Of a DNA stretch of 64,000 nt, positions 8,736-18,132 are shown in pieces. A program made the position numbers and the translations under genes. A model generated the notes under the pieces. It did no database searches and was not told the DNA's origin. It saw only the letters and a program-made list of their open reading frames with translations. The stretch's first letter is position 1; every line of letters begins with the position of its first letter. Source of the stretch: a virus (taxonomy: Duplodnaviria; Heunggongvirae; Uroviricota; Caudoviricetes); the IMG/VR virus record IMGVR_UViG_3300011008_000003; one strand, written 5' to 3'.

Positions 8736-9338
8736 TTAGCATTTTGTTAAGTCTACTTTCAGACAGTCTGCACGGTCCGGATTCTTTTCTTTCAGAATCT
8801 CTAAAGCTCGGTTAATATCGTCGAGAGAAATCAACCACTTATTAAGCATTCTGACTTTGAATACGGCTTTGGCCTGGCTCGCCCTGGAATAATACCGTTC
8901 TCCGATTTTGTTCGGAACCCAAGGCTGAAGCCTTATGGTATTCGACTTTTCGAGACAGACAGCCATGCCATACGGCATTAAGATACTGTGGACGCTGGAG
9001 TAAGGAATAGTCTGGACGTCCGACATATCTATTTCCTTCTCGAGTTTTTTCATCTGCATTCTCTTATAGTCTTTGGAGAACAGCACTCGCCAGATTTCAT
9101 TAAGTATGTCGGAATTTGGTTCCAGAACTTTTCCTTTAAGGTAATAGTTAAACAGGGATGCCAAATTCGGATGGTACGTAGCGACGTCATTCCCGCCAAC
9201 TGCATTAAGGTCTTCCTTCATACGGCTTCGGGAATGCTTCACTAGCATCGGCCAGTTTACCGAGAAGTTCTCAAAGAATATCATGTTGACGACTTCCTGA
9301 GTCTTCTTGGATAATGTACTAAGTTCTGGAATTGCCAT
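8736..9338 (-). CDS. Hypothetical protein
   Basis: 200 aa ORF, AAGGA RBS, coupled to upstream gene. Confidence 0.8.
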   Translation of the reverse strand: MAIPELSTLSKKTQEVVNMIFFENFSVNWPMLVKHSRSRMKEDLNAVGGNDVATYHPNLASLFNYYLKGKVLEPNSDILNEIWRVLFSKDYKRMQMKKLEKEIDMSDVQTIPYSSVHSILMPYGMAVCLEKSNTIRLQPWVPNKIGERYYSRASQAKAVFKVRMLNKWLISLDDINRALEILKEKNPDRADCLKVDLTKC

Positions 9339-9340
9339 AG

Positions 9341-9979
9341 TTATTTTCCTTCTTGCCAGCGTTCATTGATAGTCTGTAAAGCTTCATCGAGCAGTGCCGA
9401 AGTGAACGGCTTCTTGCGCATATCAGCGAACCAGATGCGGTTGGAAGTACGGTACTTACCCCAGTTATTCGGATCCCATGTAAAGATGGAGACCGAGGAA
9501 GAACCACAGTTTACACAGGCTCTGTTGTTGGAGAGTCTTATGATTTCCTTTCGGAACGACTGCGGGTTGGTAAAGTCCGCATCGAGATTGTTGATTGCCT
9601 TCACCAGTTCAGCATTGTGCTTACGGAGTTCCTTGTCGTATTTGGTTTGGTTAGACCATTCGGTAATCACAGCTTCCATATCCGGATATTCCACGATAAG
9701 CTGGGCGAACGCATAGACGAAATCTTCGCCTCTTTCGTACGGCCCAAGTTCTTGGAACTTCTGAAAGTAGAAGGTGTGCCACGGCATGATCAGATGCGCC
9801 TTGCGGAACTTGATGAAATCCATGTAACAGACTTTGTTGCGGGTCTGTTCGAATTTCTTAGCCCAGCTGATGACTCCGTTGTATTCATTGGAGTACGGGT
9901 CGAGAAGTCGGCATACCCTGTTATAGGCGTGCTGGACTTTCTCTTTGTATTCGGTTTCCTGCGGTGTTAATTCTGCCAT
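9341..9979 (-). CDS. Hypothetical protein (CxxC)
   Basis: 212 aa ORF, GAGGT RBS. Confidence 0.8.
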   Translation of the reverse strand: MAELTPQETEYKEKVQHAYNRVCRLLDPYSNEYNGVISWAKKFEQTRNKVCYMDFIKFRKAHLIMPWHTFYFQKFQELGPYERGEDFVYAFAQLIVEYPDMEAVITEWSNQTKYDKELRKHNAELVKAINNLDADFTNPQSFRKEIIRLSNNRACVNCGSSSVSIFTWDPNNWGKYRTSNRIWFADMRKKPFTSALLDEALQTINERWQEGK

Positions 9980-10186
9980 TTGTATACCTCGTTTGTTTTT
10001 ATAAAAGATAGCAATAATAGTCTTCGCCGTAAATAAGACTAAAGCGAGATTATTCCCTGGACTACCTCTTGTACGATGGTAATCCTCTCGGCCAGTTTGG
10101 TGAGCTGCGCCTTCTTTCTCGGAGACCTGGACGAAAGATATTCTTTTTCCACGTCGTCCATGAGGTTGAGAAGATCAGTCACCTTC

Positions 10187-10480
10187 TTATTTGCCAGTGT
10201 TGCCTTTGTCATTTAGAATATCCTCCACTGATGCCGCTTCCAATACAGAATGGAATGCTAAGACATCATCATTGGTTTCTATCTTGTATTGTTTTCCGTT
10301 TAGCGTCAACGGATTCATATGCGGATAAACCAGCACGATTTCCGTATTCTGCCGCTTGCTGAACAGGTCTTGATAGGTCGCCTTTATTTCGAATACTATA
10401 TTGCCTATATAGTTTGAATTCCGTATAGTATAGAGTTCAACTAAGGTATATTCACGGAAACTGTTTTTGAATTTAACCAT
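10187..10480 (-). CDS. Small protein, family A-like
   Basis: LTLNGKQYKI hairpin + C-terminal helix shared with 11.3-13.9 kb array. Confidence 0.7.
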   Translation of the reverse strand: MVKFKNSFREYTLVELYTIRNSNYIGNIVFEIKATYQDLFSKRQNTEIVLVYPHMNPLTLNGKQYKIETNDDVLAFHSVLEAASVEDILNDKGNTGK

Positions 10481-10787
10481 TAAGCGACTCCAGTACGTTT
10501 TCAGTTAAGCCGTTCTGGACGTCCTTGTAGAATTCATAAAGGACTTCATCAGATCGAATGTCGTAGTCCTTATTGCCGATACGCCAGATACCGTTAGTCT
10601 TATTGGTAAACCTGAATATAAAGGAAGTGGAACGGTCTCTCGTTTTTCTTTTCAGTTCTACCCCGATAGCATTATCCGGCAGTACCATGACGTCCAGAAC
10701 CTTATAGGTATAGTTAGGATCAGCATGCCAGCGATGATCATAACTGGAATAGTACAGTTGTTTAAGTATAAAGTCCTTACGTTTCAT
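10473..10787 (-). CDS. Small protein, family A-like, C-terminal tag
   Basis: WRIGNKDYDI...VLESLNG; GAGGT RBS. Confidence 0.75.
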   Translation of the reverse strand: MKRKDFILKQLYYSSYDHRWHADPNYTYKVLDVMVLPDNAIGVELKRKTRDRSTSFIFRFTNKTNGIWRIGNKDYDIRSDEVLYEFYKDVQNGLTENVLESLNG

Positions 10788-10790
10788 CGG

Positions 10791-11108
10791 TTACCTCGAT
10801 ACGTTATAACCCATTGCCGTCAGCTTTGCAATCATCTCCAGTGCATCATCAGAGTCATCGGAAATGAACCCTGCCTTTTCGAGATCCTCGTTGATGTCTT
10901 CCAGAGTCTTTATGGACAGAGCCAGAAGTTCATCGTAGTTACCGGACATCGCCAGCATTTGGTAGTTCTTCTTGTTGGCATCGGTGATCAACGCCGGTCG
11001 CTTGAACAGCTTGCCGCTTTCGTCGAACGCCCTGCAGACGTAACCCATGATGGAAAAGGCGTTTCCGTCACAGCCGACCAGAGTATATTTTTGAATTTTC
11101 TTAGCCAT
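10791..11108 (-). CDS. Conserved phage hypothetical protein (LVGxDGNAF motif)
   Basis: TLVGCDGNAFSIMG motif; promoter and GAGGT RBS. Confidence 0.8.
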   Translation of the reverse strand: MAKKIQKYTLVGCDGNAFSIMGYVCRAFDESGKLFKRPALITDANKKNYQMLAMSGNYDELLALSIKTLEDINEDLEKAGFISDDSDDALEMIAKLTAMGYNVSR

Positions 11109-11281
11109 ATTTATACCTCATAATATAATATAGAAAAACGTGCCGTTATTGTAAATGATTATAATATATCGAATCTCACCGGAACAACAGCATCGATAGG
11201 AACATGGTTCATGGCAGTACCGGTGATTATATGAATAAGGTTTATGTTTACTATATTATAATGTTTTACTATATTATAAGC

Positions 11282-11566
11282 ATGGAAGTTAAGATTAACA
11301 GGACAATTTACAAGACGGTGTATAATCCGATAAAGGTAAAACCGGACGGCAGTTTTACATTGCACGTTACCAAGTGGATAGAACGCCGTAAGGGAAATGG
11401 CTGGTCTGGTTATAGTAGATTTGCTGAATATGTAATTCCGCATCCGACAAGAATGACAATGGAATTCGACGGTAAAAAGTATAAGTGTAACGGTATGACT
11501 CCGGCAGAAGTCCTTGAACTGCGTAGTCACCTGGAAGCCTGTATAGCATTAGAGAACTTGAAATAA
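11282..11566 (+). CDS. Family A small protein (leaderless; start corrected from 11204)
   Basis: TATATT-N6-ATG; paralogue of 14822; ends IALENLK. Confidence 0.8.
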   Translation: MEVKINRTIYKTVYNPIKVKPDGSFTLHVTKWIERRKGNGWSGYSRFAEYVIPHPTRMTMEFDGKKYKCNGMTPAEVLELRSHLEACIALENLK

Positions 11567-11585
11567 TCATCGGTAAAGGTTAACT

Positions 11586-11849
11586 ATGAATGTAATTGGA
11601 TATAGATACCACGAAAACGACATGCATTATTTTATGCTGGATTTCCGCCGTGAATTTCAGGCGCGGGAATCTATGTTAAAAGTTCCGGTTATCAATAACG
11701 AGTATAAGAAGGAATATTTGTATCTTGAATCTGATACTTTTGATGTTGTCCTATATGATGGTCGTGAATATTGTTTGCTGAAACAAGAAGATTATGATGT
11801 TCTGAAAGAAATATTCTCTACACTTTTTGCGATAGAGAGTCTTAAATAA
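11586..11849 (+). CDS. Family A small protein
   Basis: LYDGREY...FAIESLK. Confidence 0.8.
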   Translation: MNVIGYRYHENDMHYFMLDFRREFQARESMLKVPVINNEYKKEYLYLESDTFDVVLYDGREYCLLKQEDYDVLKEIFSTLFAIESLK

Positions 11850-11864
11850 TTCTATATTAAGACT

Positions 11865-12131
11865 ATGTTGATAAGATGTCAAAAACATGGATTTATCCCG
11901 GTAATGTCTGATTTCGAAATTGATTTCGGCAGAAAACTTGGTGTGACTGAATCATTGATCGCTGTTCCAGTGATGCCTAATAAATTTAAGCTAAATCATT
12001 TGTTTCTGGTTCGTGGATTGTGTATTCCGGTAAGATTTGAAGGTAAAGATTTTAATCTCAATAATCCAGAACAGACAGGTATTCTGGAAGAAATGTTAAA
12101 GACAGTTTTTGCTATCGAAGACCTTAAATAA
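11865..12131 (+). CDS. Family A small protein (leaderless)
   Basis: 15-nt linker TTCTATATTAAGACT; RFEGKDF...FAIEDLK. Confidence 0.8.
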   Translation: MLIRCQKHGFIPVMSDFEIDFGRKLGVTESLIAVPVMPNKFKLNHLFLVRGLCIPVRFEGKDFNLNNPEQTGILEEMLKTVFAIEDLK

Positions 12132-12146
12132 TTCTATATTAAGTAT

Positions 12147-12455
12147 ATGAAAAAGTTTTTAATTGGTAAAGGTTATGACCGTTCGGCGTTGGTTTATGTC
12201 GAGGTAGATCTGTCGAGGAATACAGAGCTTACCGGTAACTTCATGATTCCGACAAAACAATCTATTCTCCGTGGCATCGGCAACGTTTATTATACGTCGC
12301 TGTCTCCCAACGATGAAGGCGGTGTAAGGCTGTACAGGTATGAAACTTATTATGTCAAGTGGAGAGGGAAGATATACCATGTGGACTCACCGGCGAAGTA
12401 TGATGTTCTGGTGAATATTATTAGCACAGATTTTGCCTTAGCCCAGCTCGAATAA
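12147..12455 (+). CDS. Family A small protein (leaderless)
   Basis: 15-nt linker; KWRGKIY...FALAQLE. Confidence 0.8.
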   Translation: MKKFLIGKGYDRSALVYVEVDLSRNTELTGNFMIPTKQSILRGIGNVYYTSLSPNDEGGVRLYRYETYYVKWRGKIYHVDSPAKYDVLVNIISTDFALAQLE

Positions 12456-12470
12456 TTCTATATTAAGAAT

Positions 12471-12743
12471 ATGAAACAGTTAATTATTATGTGGTCTAAC
12501 AACAGTGACAGGATGTCTGTGGAAAAGCTTGGTCCCTTGTGCATTTTTGCCGAAAGGAAGACTCCCTACTTTTATGTTAATGGCGAGCATTCATCGGTGA
12601 TCCGCATCTACCAAGGGGATTGTACCCGTACATACGAATTTGACGGCGTAGTCTATGATCCGATGTCCGCAGGCGATATTATGAATCTCTATTCGGCTTT
12701 GGAATTCTACCTTCTCGAAGTATCTCTTTGCGGGGTTCTATGA
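12471..12743 (+). CDS. Family A small protein (leaderless)
   Basis: 15-nt linker; EFDGVVY + helix. Confidence 0.8.
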   Translation: MKQLIIMWSNNSDRMSVEKLGPLCIFAERKTPYFYVNGEHSSVIRIYQGDCTRTYEFDGVVYDPMSAGDIMNLYSALEFYLLEVSLCGVL

Positions 12744-13009
12744 CTATAGAATTATCTTTTATGACTGGAATATTCGAGACCTATGAAATCTGTACTGGCG
12801 AACAGTACGGCAAGGTTGTCGATCATCTGGGTACCGATTGGTATATCTACGTTTATAACAGGCATCACATCCCTAATCTGGTTTGCCCTTGTACTGTTTT
12901 AAAATGTCGTTATCAAGGTGTAGAATTCGATACGCTGGGTAACAAAGACCAGCTGGCGATGCTGAAGAGAAAACTTGAAGAGGATTTCGCCATTGAACGA
13001 CTCGAATAA
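12740..13009 (+). CDS. Family A small protein (start corrected from 12728)
   Basis: ATGA overlap; close paralogue of 13025; ends DFAIERLE. Confidence 0.8.
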   Translation: MTIELSFMTGIFETYEICTGEQYGKVVDHLGTDWYIYVYNRHHIPNLVCPCTVLKCRYQGVEFDTLGNKDQLAMLKRKLEEDFAIERLE

Positions 13010-13024
13010 TTCTATATTAAGCAT

Positions 13025-13288
13025 ATGCAGATAGAACTTTCGTACCTACCGGGGAGATTCGACCGGTTTGATATTTGTCTGGATCTCGGTATCGAGGCAC
13101 GAAGCAAACGGCCTGAACGCTGGAGTCTTTTTATAAAGAACAACGAAGACATGATTATTAGGGTCTCTCCGATAAGCACGCTGTGTGTCAGGTATGAAGG
13201 GCATGTATATGATTCAGAGGACGACGATCAACTGGCGATTCTGAAACATAAACTTGAGACAGATTTTGCTATTGAACGACTCGAATAA
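13025..13288 (+). CDS. Family A small protein (leaderless)
   Basis: 15-nt linker; ends DFAIERLE. Confidence 0.8.
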   Translation: MQIELSYLPGRFDRFDICLDLGIEARSKRPERWSLFIKNNEDMIIRVSPISTLCVRYEGHVYDSEDDDQLAILKHKLETDFAIERLE

Positions 13289-13303
13289 TTCTATATTATA
13301 AGC

Positions 13304-13603
13304 ATGTGGCTTAAGATTGACAACGACAAGTATTGGGTTAAGGGCGTTACCAAAGAACGCGGAACCTATACTAATGAACTGATTGCCTGGGTACGGTGTA
13401 CTACAGGCCCTTGTTGTACTGTTCCGTTTAACATATATTTGCATATCGGAATTCAGGTTGCCTTTATCGATGAGGAAAACGATATGTGGGGTTGCGGAAT
13501 GTTCTACGGAGATCCCATTCATATACGTGACGAGATAACCTTGTTAAAAATTATAGATCGCATCGACAACGAAACTGCCCTTGAAAAGCTGGAGGCCTTA
13601 TGA
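13304..13603 (+). CDS. Family A-like small protein (leaderless)
   Basis: 15-nt linker; ends ALEKLEAL. Confidence 0.78.
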   Translation: MWLKIDNDKYWVKGVTKERGTYTNELIAWVRCTTGPCCTVPFNIYLHIGIQVAFIDEENDMWGCGMFYGDPIHIRDEITLLKIIDRIDNETALEKLEAL

Positions 13604-13881
13604 AAGTAATTCGTGGAATCGGAAAGAACCGATGTGTACGGACGATAGATTTTTCTCGCCCGCTTAAATACTATGATAATCCGGCCATATCTTGCGGTAA
13701 AGGTTTAGGCATTCCAGTAATAGAAAATCTTGATACTCCCAGCGAAGTTTATTTCTGGGACCATGAAACTATAAGGGCAACCGTCGGCAAGGACAGATAC
13801 GAATTGGTCGAGGATAATCCGTATGTCTATGAGCAGCTGAAGAATAATGTCGAGTTATTATTCGCCTTACATGGGCTTTAA
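13600..13881 (+). CDS. Family A small protein
   Basis: ATGA overlap, GGAGG RBS; ends FALHGL. Confidence 0.78.
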   Translation: MKVIRGIGKNRCVRTIDFSRPLKYYDNPAISCGKGLGIPVIENLDTPSEVYFWDHETIRATVGKDRYELVEDNPYVYEQLKNNVELLFALHGL

Positions 13882-13899
13882 TAATTCTATATTATAGTC

Positions 13900-14349
13900 A
13901 TGGATATTAAAGACGTTTACAAACAACTTCAAAATCATTTTGAGCAGATTAAGTTAAAATACGGCTATCTGCAGAACGATAACGGTTTTAATTTTAGAGG
14001 CGGTGTCTTTTCCGGTAGTATTGCCGGTGGTACCGTTGAAGATGAAGAACCGGATGAAAAGTCTACCGTATTCGAATCCTTCGTTATCAACAAAACCCAT
14101 CGTAAGACACATGATGTTATTTTTTATGTGCAAGCCAAGATTTTATATTACGGCGCCAATTGCGGTATCTTTTCCAATAAGTACATGTATTCCCTTACTA
14201 CTTATCGGAAAGACCGCAAGATTGACCATTTCTATACACAAGAAAAATTATTAAACGAGTTCGACCGAATCTTTAAAGCTGAATACAAACGTGCTGTGCG
14301 GATGAACCAGCAAAAACTCGTTAAACAAATCAACTCCCTCCCTGGTTAA
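13900..14349 (+). CDS. Family B protein (leaderless)
   Basis: TATATT-N6-ATG; ends QINSLPG. Confidence 0.8.
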   Translation: MDIKDVYKQLQNHFEQIKLKYGYLQNDNGFNFRGGVFSGSIAGGTVEDEEPDEKSTVFESFVINKTHRKTHDVIFYVQAKILYYGANCGIFSNKYMYSLTTYRKDRKIDHFYTQEKLLNEFDRIFKAEYKRAVRMNQQKLVKQINSLPG

Positions 14350-14377
14350 ACATTTCTATATTATAGTCGAGGTTATT

Positions 14378-14785
14378 ATGTTCTATGAAAAGAAAATACA
14401 TGAACTGGAATTGATGGCGGGAGCTTACAGGTATTTGGAAGAGCTGGGAAAGAAGTATACTGCGAAATATAAAAGCTTCGATACCTACAGGTTTACCGTT
14501 GACCCCTGTGCTTACAATATATCCATTCCCGAGTTAGACATTACATTTACCCGGTGCGAAGATATAACTATGGTTTTCCGATTAAAGTGTATTATTAAAT
14601 ATACGGAAAATAAATTCCATTATGAAATATGCCATTTCAATCATAAGGAAGACAGTGATTTTAACTGCAAGAATGAAGATGATATGATAGAGCAGTTTGA
14701 AAAGCTTCTTAAAGCAGACTGTAAGTATGTCATGCAGCAAGTCCAGAAAAAAACTTTTAAGGCAATTAACTCTCTTGCGGGTTAA
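14378..14785 (+). CDS. Family B protein
   Basis: -10 box + GAGGT RBS; ends AINSLAG. Confidence 0.8.
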   Translation: MFYEKKIHELELMAGAYRYLEELGKKYTAKYKSFDTYRFTVDPCAYNISIPELDITFTRCEDITMVFRLKCIIKYTENKFHYEICHFNHKEDSDFNCKNEDDMIEQFEKLLKADCKYVMQQVQKKTFKAINSLAG

Positions 14786-14821
14786 AAAATTCTATATTGT
14801 AATTAAACAAGAGAGGATATT

Positions 14822-15127
14822 ATGCCGTATTTCAAAATCAATGCTGACAAAGAAGCATATAAGCTTTCCACTATTGAAAAGCGAGGAGACCAATATTTAA
14901 TCCATGCGACACGCTGGGAACAGCATTGGAGAAATAACTATTTCGGACTTGGCCGTAAGGTTCTGAGAGGTCGTGATGAGCATTACAATTTTTATGTTCC
15001 GTCTCCGAAAAAGAAGCTGGACATCCATGTCGACAATGAAACTTATGTCTGTAAGAAAGCCGACAAGATGACTGTGGAACGTCTGGTAAATCATCTTAAA
15101 ACTTTAACAGATTTAGAAGTTCTATAA
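14822..15127 (+). CDS. Family A small protein
   Basis: Paralogue of 11282 (LIHATRW vs TLHVTKW); ends DLEVL. Confidence 0.8.
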   Translation: MPYFKINADKEAYKLSTIEKRGDQYLIHATRWEQHWRNNYFGLGRKVLRGRDEHYNFYVPSPKKKLDIHVDNETYVCKKADKMTVERLVNHLKTLTDLEVL

Positions 15128-15158
15128 TTGCTATATTGTATATAGCAACGAGGTTATT

Positions 15159-15965
15159 ATGCAATGGTTAAAATGGAGAAACGGTAAAAGTAATCTGGGA
15201 TTTCCGAACCTGTCATTATTTCTTAAGTACGGCAATGACTTGCTGGAAAGGATAAGCAATACAGGAAGTAAGACGGCATTCCAGTTCAGTACGTTTGAAT
15301 TCGAAAGCTCGACGAAATACGAAGAGCTGCGGGTAAAATACAATTTCAATTACGAGGGTGACGAATTCGTATATCTTACAGCCAGATTGTCCTATCTCAA
15401 AAAACAACGGGAACTTACATTAACCATTGTCCCCGATCTGATTTCACGAGATGCCGATAAGTATGTCGGAGAGTATTCTGAAATATGGCATCATGATATG
15501 TTCGGTACGTTTTTCCGTGGAATTACGGACATTCTCGACGAACAGCTGGAAAAGTATCGAACAAAGTTCATGGATTACCTTACACAGCTTAAGAACTTGG
15601 ACACCGAGTTTATTATCGATTCCACAGAGTATATAGCTAAGCTGACCGATAAATATCCTGGTTTAAAAATTACAACAGAAAAGGAAAACGGCGGTATCGG
15701 ATATATAGTATCTGTAGCAACTAAGGAAGACGACGGAGCTTATGTGGAATTCAGCACGTCTCCGTTTAGGATTGAAGACTACGGTGGCTTCTTTCAAGAT
15801 TTCATCCAGCATGCTTGTCTTGACTTCGACGGTTTCGTTGGGTCTACTAAGGACTTCTATGATGCGGTAGAAACGTTAGTTGATGGTGCGCTCGAATATA
15901 AGAAGGTGTTAGATTCTACCTACGCGAAGTACACCAAGATCGTGCAGTCAAGAGACGACGACTAA
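15159..15965 (+). CDS. Hypothetical protein
   Basis: -10 box + GAGGT RBS, 268 aa. Confidence 0.85.
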   Translation: MQWLKWRNGKSNLGFPNLSLFLKYGNDLLERISNTGSKTAFQFSTFEFESSTKYEELRVKYNFNYEGDEFVYLTARLSYLKKQRELTLTIVPDLISRDADKYVGEYSEIWHHDMFGTFFRGITDILDEQLEKYRTKFMDYLTQLKNLDTEFIIDSTEYIAKLTDKYPGLKITTEKENGGIGYIVSVATKEDDGAYVEFSTSPFRIEDYGGFFQDFIQHACLDFDGFVGSTKDFYDAVETLVDGALEYKKVLDSTYAKYTKIVQSRDDD

Positions 15966-16050
15966 GCAATTCCGGTAATAATCCTCAAAGACTATTCATT
16001 TACGAATAGTCTTCTTTTTTCTATATTAAAAGTATAAACAAGAGGTACTT

Positions 16051-17031
16051 ATGGCATGTATTACGATTACTAATCAGTTTGACCCGTCGCTTCAGATGCG
16101 GATTGACGATAAAAAGGAATTCGATCTCGGTTCTACGGCAGACTTCACCGACAATAAGATGCTCCCCGTTATCAAGAAGACGATCGCCGATATGGTGCCG
16201 GAAGCACAGTTAAGAGTATCGACTAACTATGAAGCTTGGACGCGGTTTTTCTGTTATACCATGGAATTCAAGGTATTCTATAAAGGTGTCAACGACAACG
16301 AGGATGGCTTTAAGATTAAGGTGGAATTCACTAAGGGTCAGAACTGCGACAAGTACAAGATTGGGTTCGAAGTACCAGTTGTAAACCGTGGTTGGAGAGA
16401 TGCTCTGCTTCCGAACAAGGCTAAGGCATACCGTACTAAGGCTAACTATGCCTCGAGCTCTGATCAGCGTCTGATGTTCTATGATCCGTCTGAGGAAACT
16501 ATTAAGGGATTCCTCAATGCGATGATTACCCCGAACCGCCGCAAGGCTCTCCAGGAATTCATCAAAACTGCCAAAAAAGATGCGATGGAGAGTGCCAACA
16601 CAAAGAACCTGTTGGATATTGAGACCATGGACGTCATTCCGGAACTTGAAACAATCTGCCGTAAGTATTCCATGGGTAAACCGGACATCGTGGAGGAAGC
16701 CTATTGCCGTAAGGTAGTCTTTATTAGCGGCGAATACGGTACCAAGTTCTATCTGAACCTGTTCAAGGAATACATGGCGTTTGATATGACAAAGGGCGCT
16801 GAGTATGTATGCAACAAGTTCGATACCAACTTTATCAGGTTGCTGAAAGGCTTCTTTGCAAATTCCAATTTCGACATTGCCACTCATATCCCGTACGACA
16901 AGAAAGAACAGGTATTCGATATATTAACGCGTATCGGGAATATCTACCAGAAGACCCTTTTCCTTGTGAACTACGAAGCCTGGTATAACGTCGATCCGAT
17001 GTGGAAGCGTAATCCGAAAAACGAGGAGTAA
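16051..17031 (+). CDS. Hypothetical protein
   Basis: Promoter + AAGAGGT RBS, 326 aa. Confidence 0.85.
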   Translation: MACITITNQFDPSLQMRIDDKKEFDLGSTADFTDNKMLPVIKKTIADMVPEAQLRVSTNYEAWTRFFCYTMEFKVFYKGVNDNEDGFKIKVEFTKGQNCDKYKIGFEVPVVNRGWRDALLPNKAKAYRTKANYASSSDQRLMFYDPSEETIKGFLNAMITPNRRKALQEFIKTAKKDAMESANTKNLLDIETMDVIPELETICRKYSMGKPDIVEEAYCRKVVFISGEYGTKFYLNLFKEYMAFDMTKGAEYVCNKFDTNFIRLLKGFFANSNFDIATHIPYDKKEQVFDILTRIGNIYQKTLFLVNYEAWYNVDPMWKRNPKNEE

Positions 17032-17112
17032 TTCCGATAGAAATCTAATTAAGCGACTTGTTGACAAGACAAGTCGTTTTTTCTATATTAAGAGTATAAA
17101 AGAGAGGCTATT

Positions 17113-18069
17113 ATGCGAAAGATAAAAATTGCTGGTGTTCTGTCGGAAGTCAACGACTACAGTCCGTTTGTTCAGAGCATTCTGAGAATTAAAATTGACG
17201 AAATGGTGGATTACCTTAAGGGACGGTATGGCTCGCTTTATTATGTGAGAACCAACAGTTCTGTCGGTAAGGATTCTCTGTCGTTCAGCATCCGTAAAGA
17301 TCTTAACGACGTATTCGGGTTGAACTATCACAAGCCGGATATTGCACATGACTGCCAGCATCATTTTACGATGTGGACTGAATTCGAATTCGGTAAAGGT
17401 AAAAAGCACGAGGGAAAGAACACCTTTGAATTGCATACCGATGTCAGCGTACCGAGACCGCCTGAGAGATATGCCATTGAAAAGAATCCGTATTATGTGC
17501 TGTACCCGAAAGTCGGTGAAGGTTGTATTGTAAAATTCACTCAAGGGTTTTCCACAGATGAATTCATTGCCGATCCGATTAAGTTCGCCAAGCAGATTGA
17601 ATCGGCGATCGACACGACCATTCAGAGAACCAAGGATGCATGGGTAGAACTGCACGACGAACAGACCAGCCGAGACATCGACCTTATGGAAGTGCCCGAC
17701 AGCATTAAGTCTGCATTCGAAAACCATGGTGTTCCGGTAAAGTGCGAATTCAACAATACACTTACGAATACGATGATCGAAGTGACGACTGAATATAATC
17801 CGGAGCATGTCGGATATATGGAACTCCATTATATGCCGGATAAGGGTGAATGGGAATTCGATACAGTTCGCGGCGAATTTGAATTCATCGGCCACATGTT
17901 TGATTTGACCAACAGCAAATACGACAGGCGAAAGAAGGCTATCAGGAACGAGAAGTTCGGCGAACTGATGGGGTTTATCGCTGACCAATATCTTGCACAG
18001 CTGAAGATCAAGCTTGACTTCGAGGCGAAACTTAATGACTTTATGGATTGCTGGACAAAAGATGATTAA
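17113..18069 (+). CDS. Hypothetical protein
   Basis: TTGACA-N17-TATATT + GAGG RBS, 318 aa. Confidence 0.85.
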   Translation: MRKIKIAGVLSEVNDYSPFVQSILRIKIDEMVDYLKGRYGSLYYVRTNSSVGKDSLSFSIRKDLNDVFGLNYHKPDIAHDCQHHFTMWTEFEFGKGKKHEGKNTFELHTDVSVPRPPERYAIEKNPYYVLYPKVGEGCIVKFTQGFSTDEFIADPIKFAKQIESAIDTTIQRTKDAWVELHDEQTSRDIDLMEVPDSIKSAFENHGVPVKCEFNNTLTNTMIEVTTEYNPEHVGYMELHYMPDKGEWEFDTVRGEFEFIGHMFDLTNSKYDRRKKAIRNEKFGELMGFIADQYLAQLKIKLDFEAKLNDFMDCWTKDD

Positions 18070-18132
18070 GATTTTTGTTTAGTAGAATTATTAAAAATTC
18101 TATATTAAATAAAAACAAACGAGGTATTAAAT

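Noticed and set aside
11850-13900. CRISPR array or integron attC cassettes
   Set aside because: Repeats are 15-nt promoter boxes separated by whole genes; no uniform spacers, attC palindromes, cas or integrase genes
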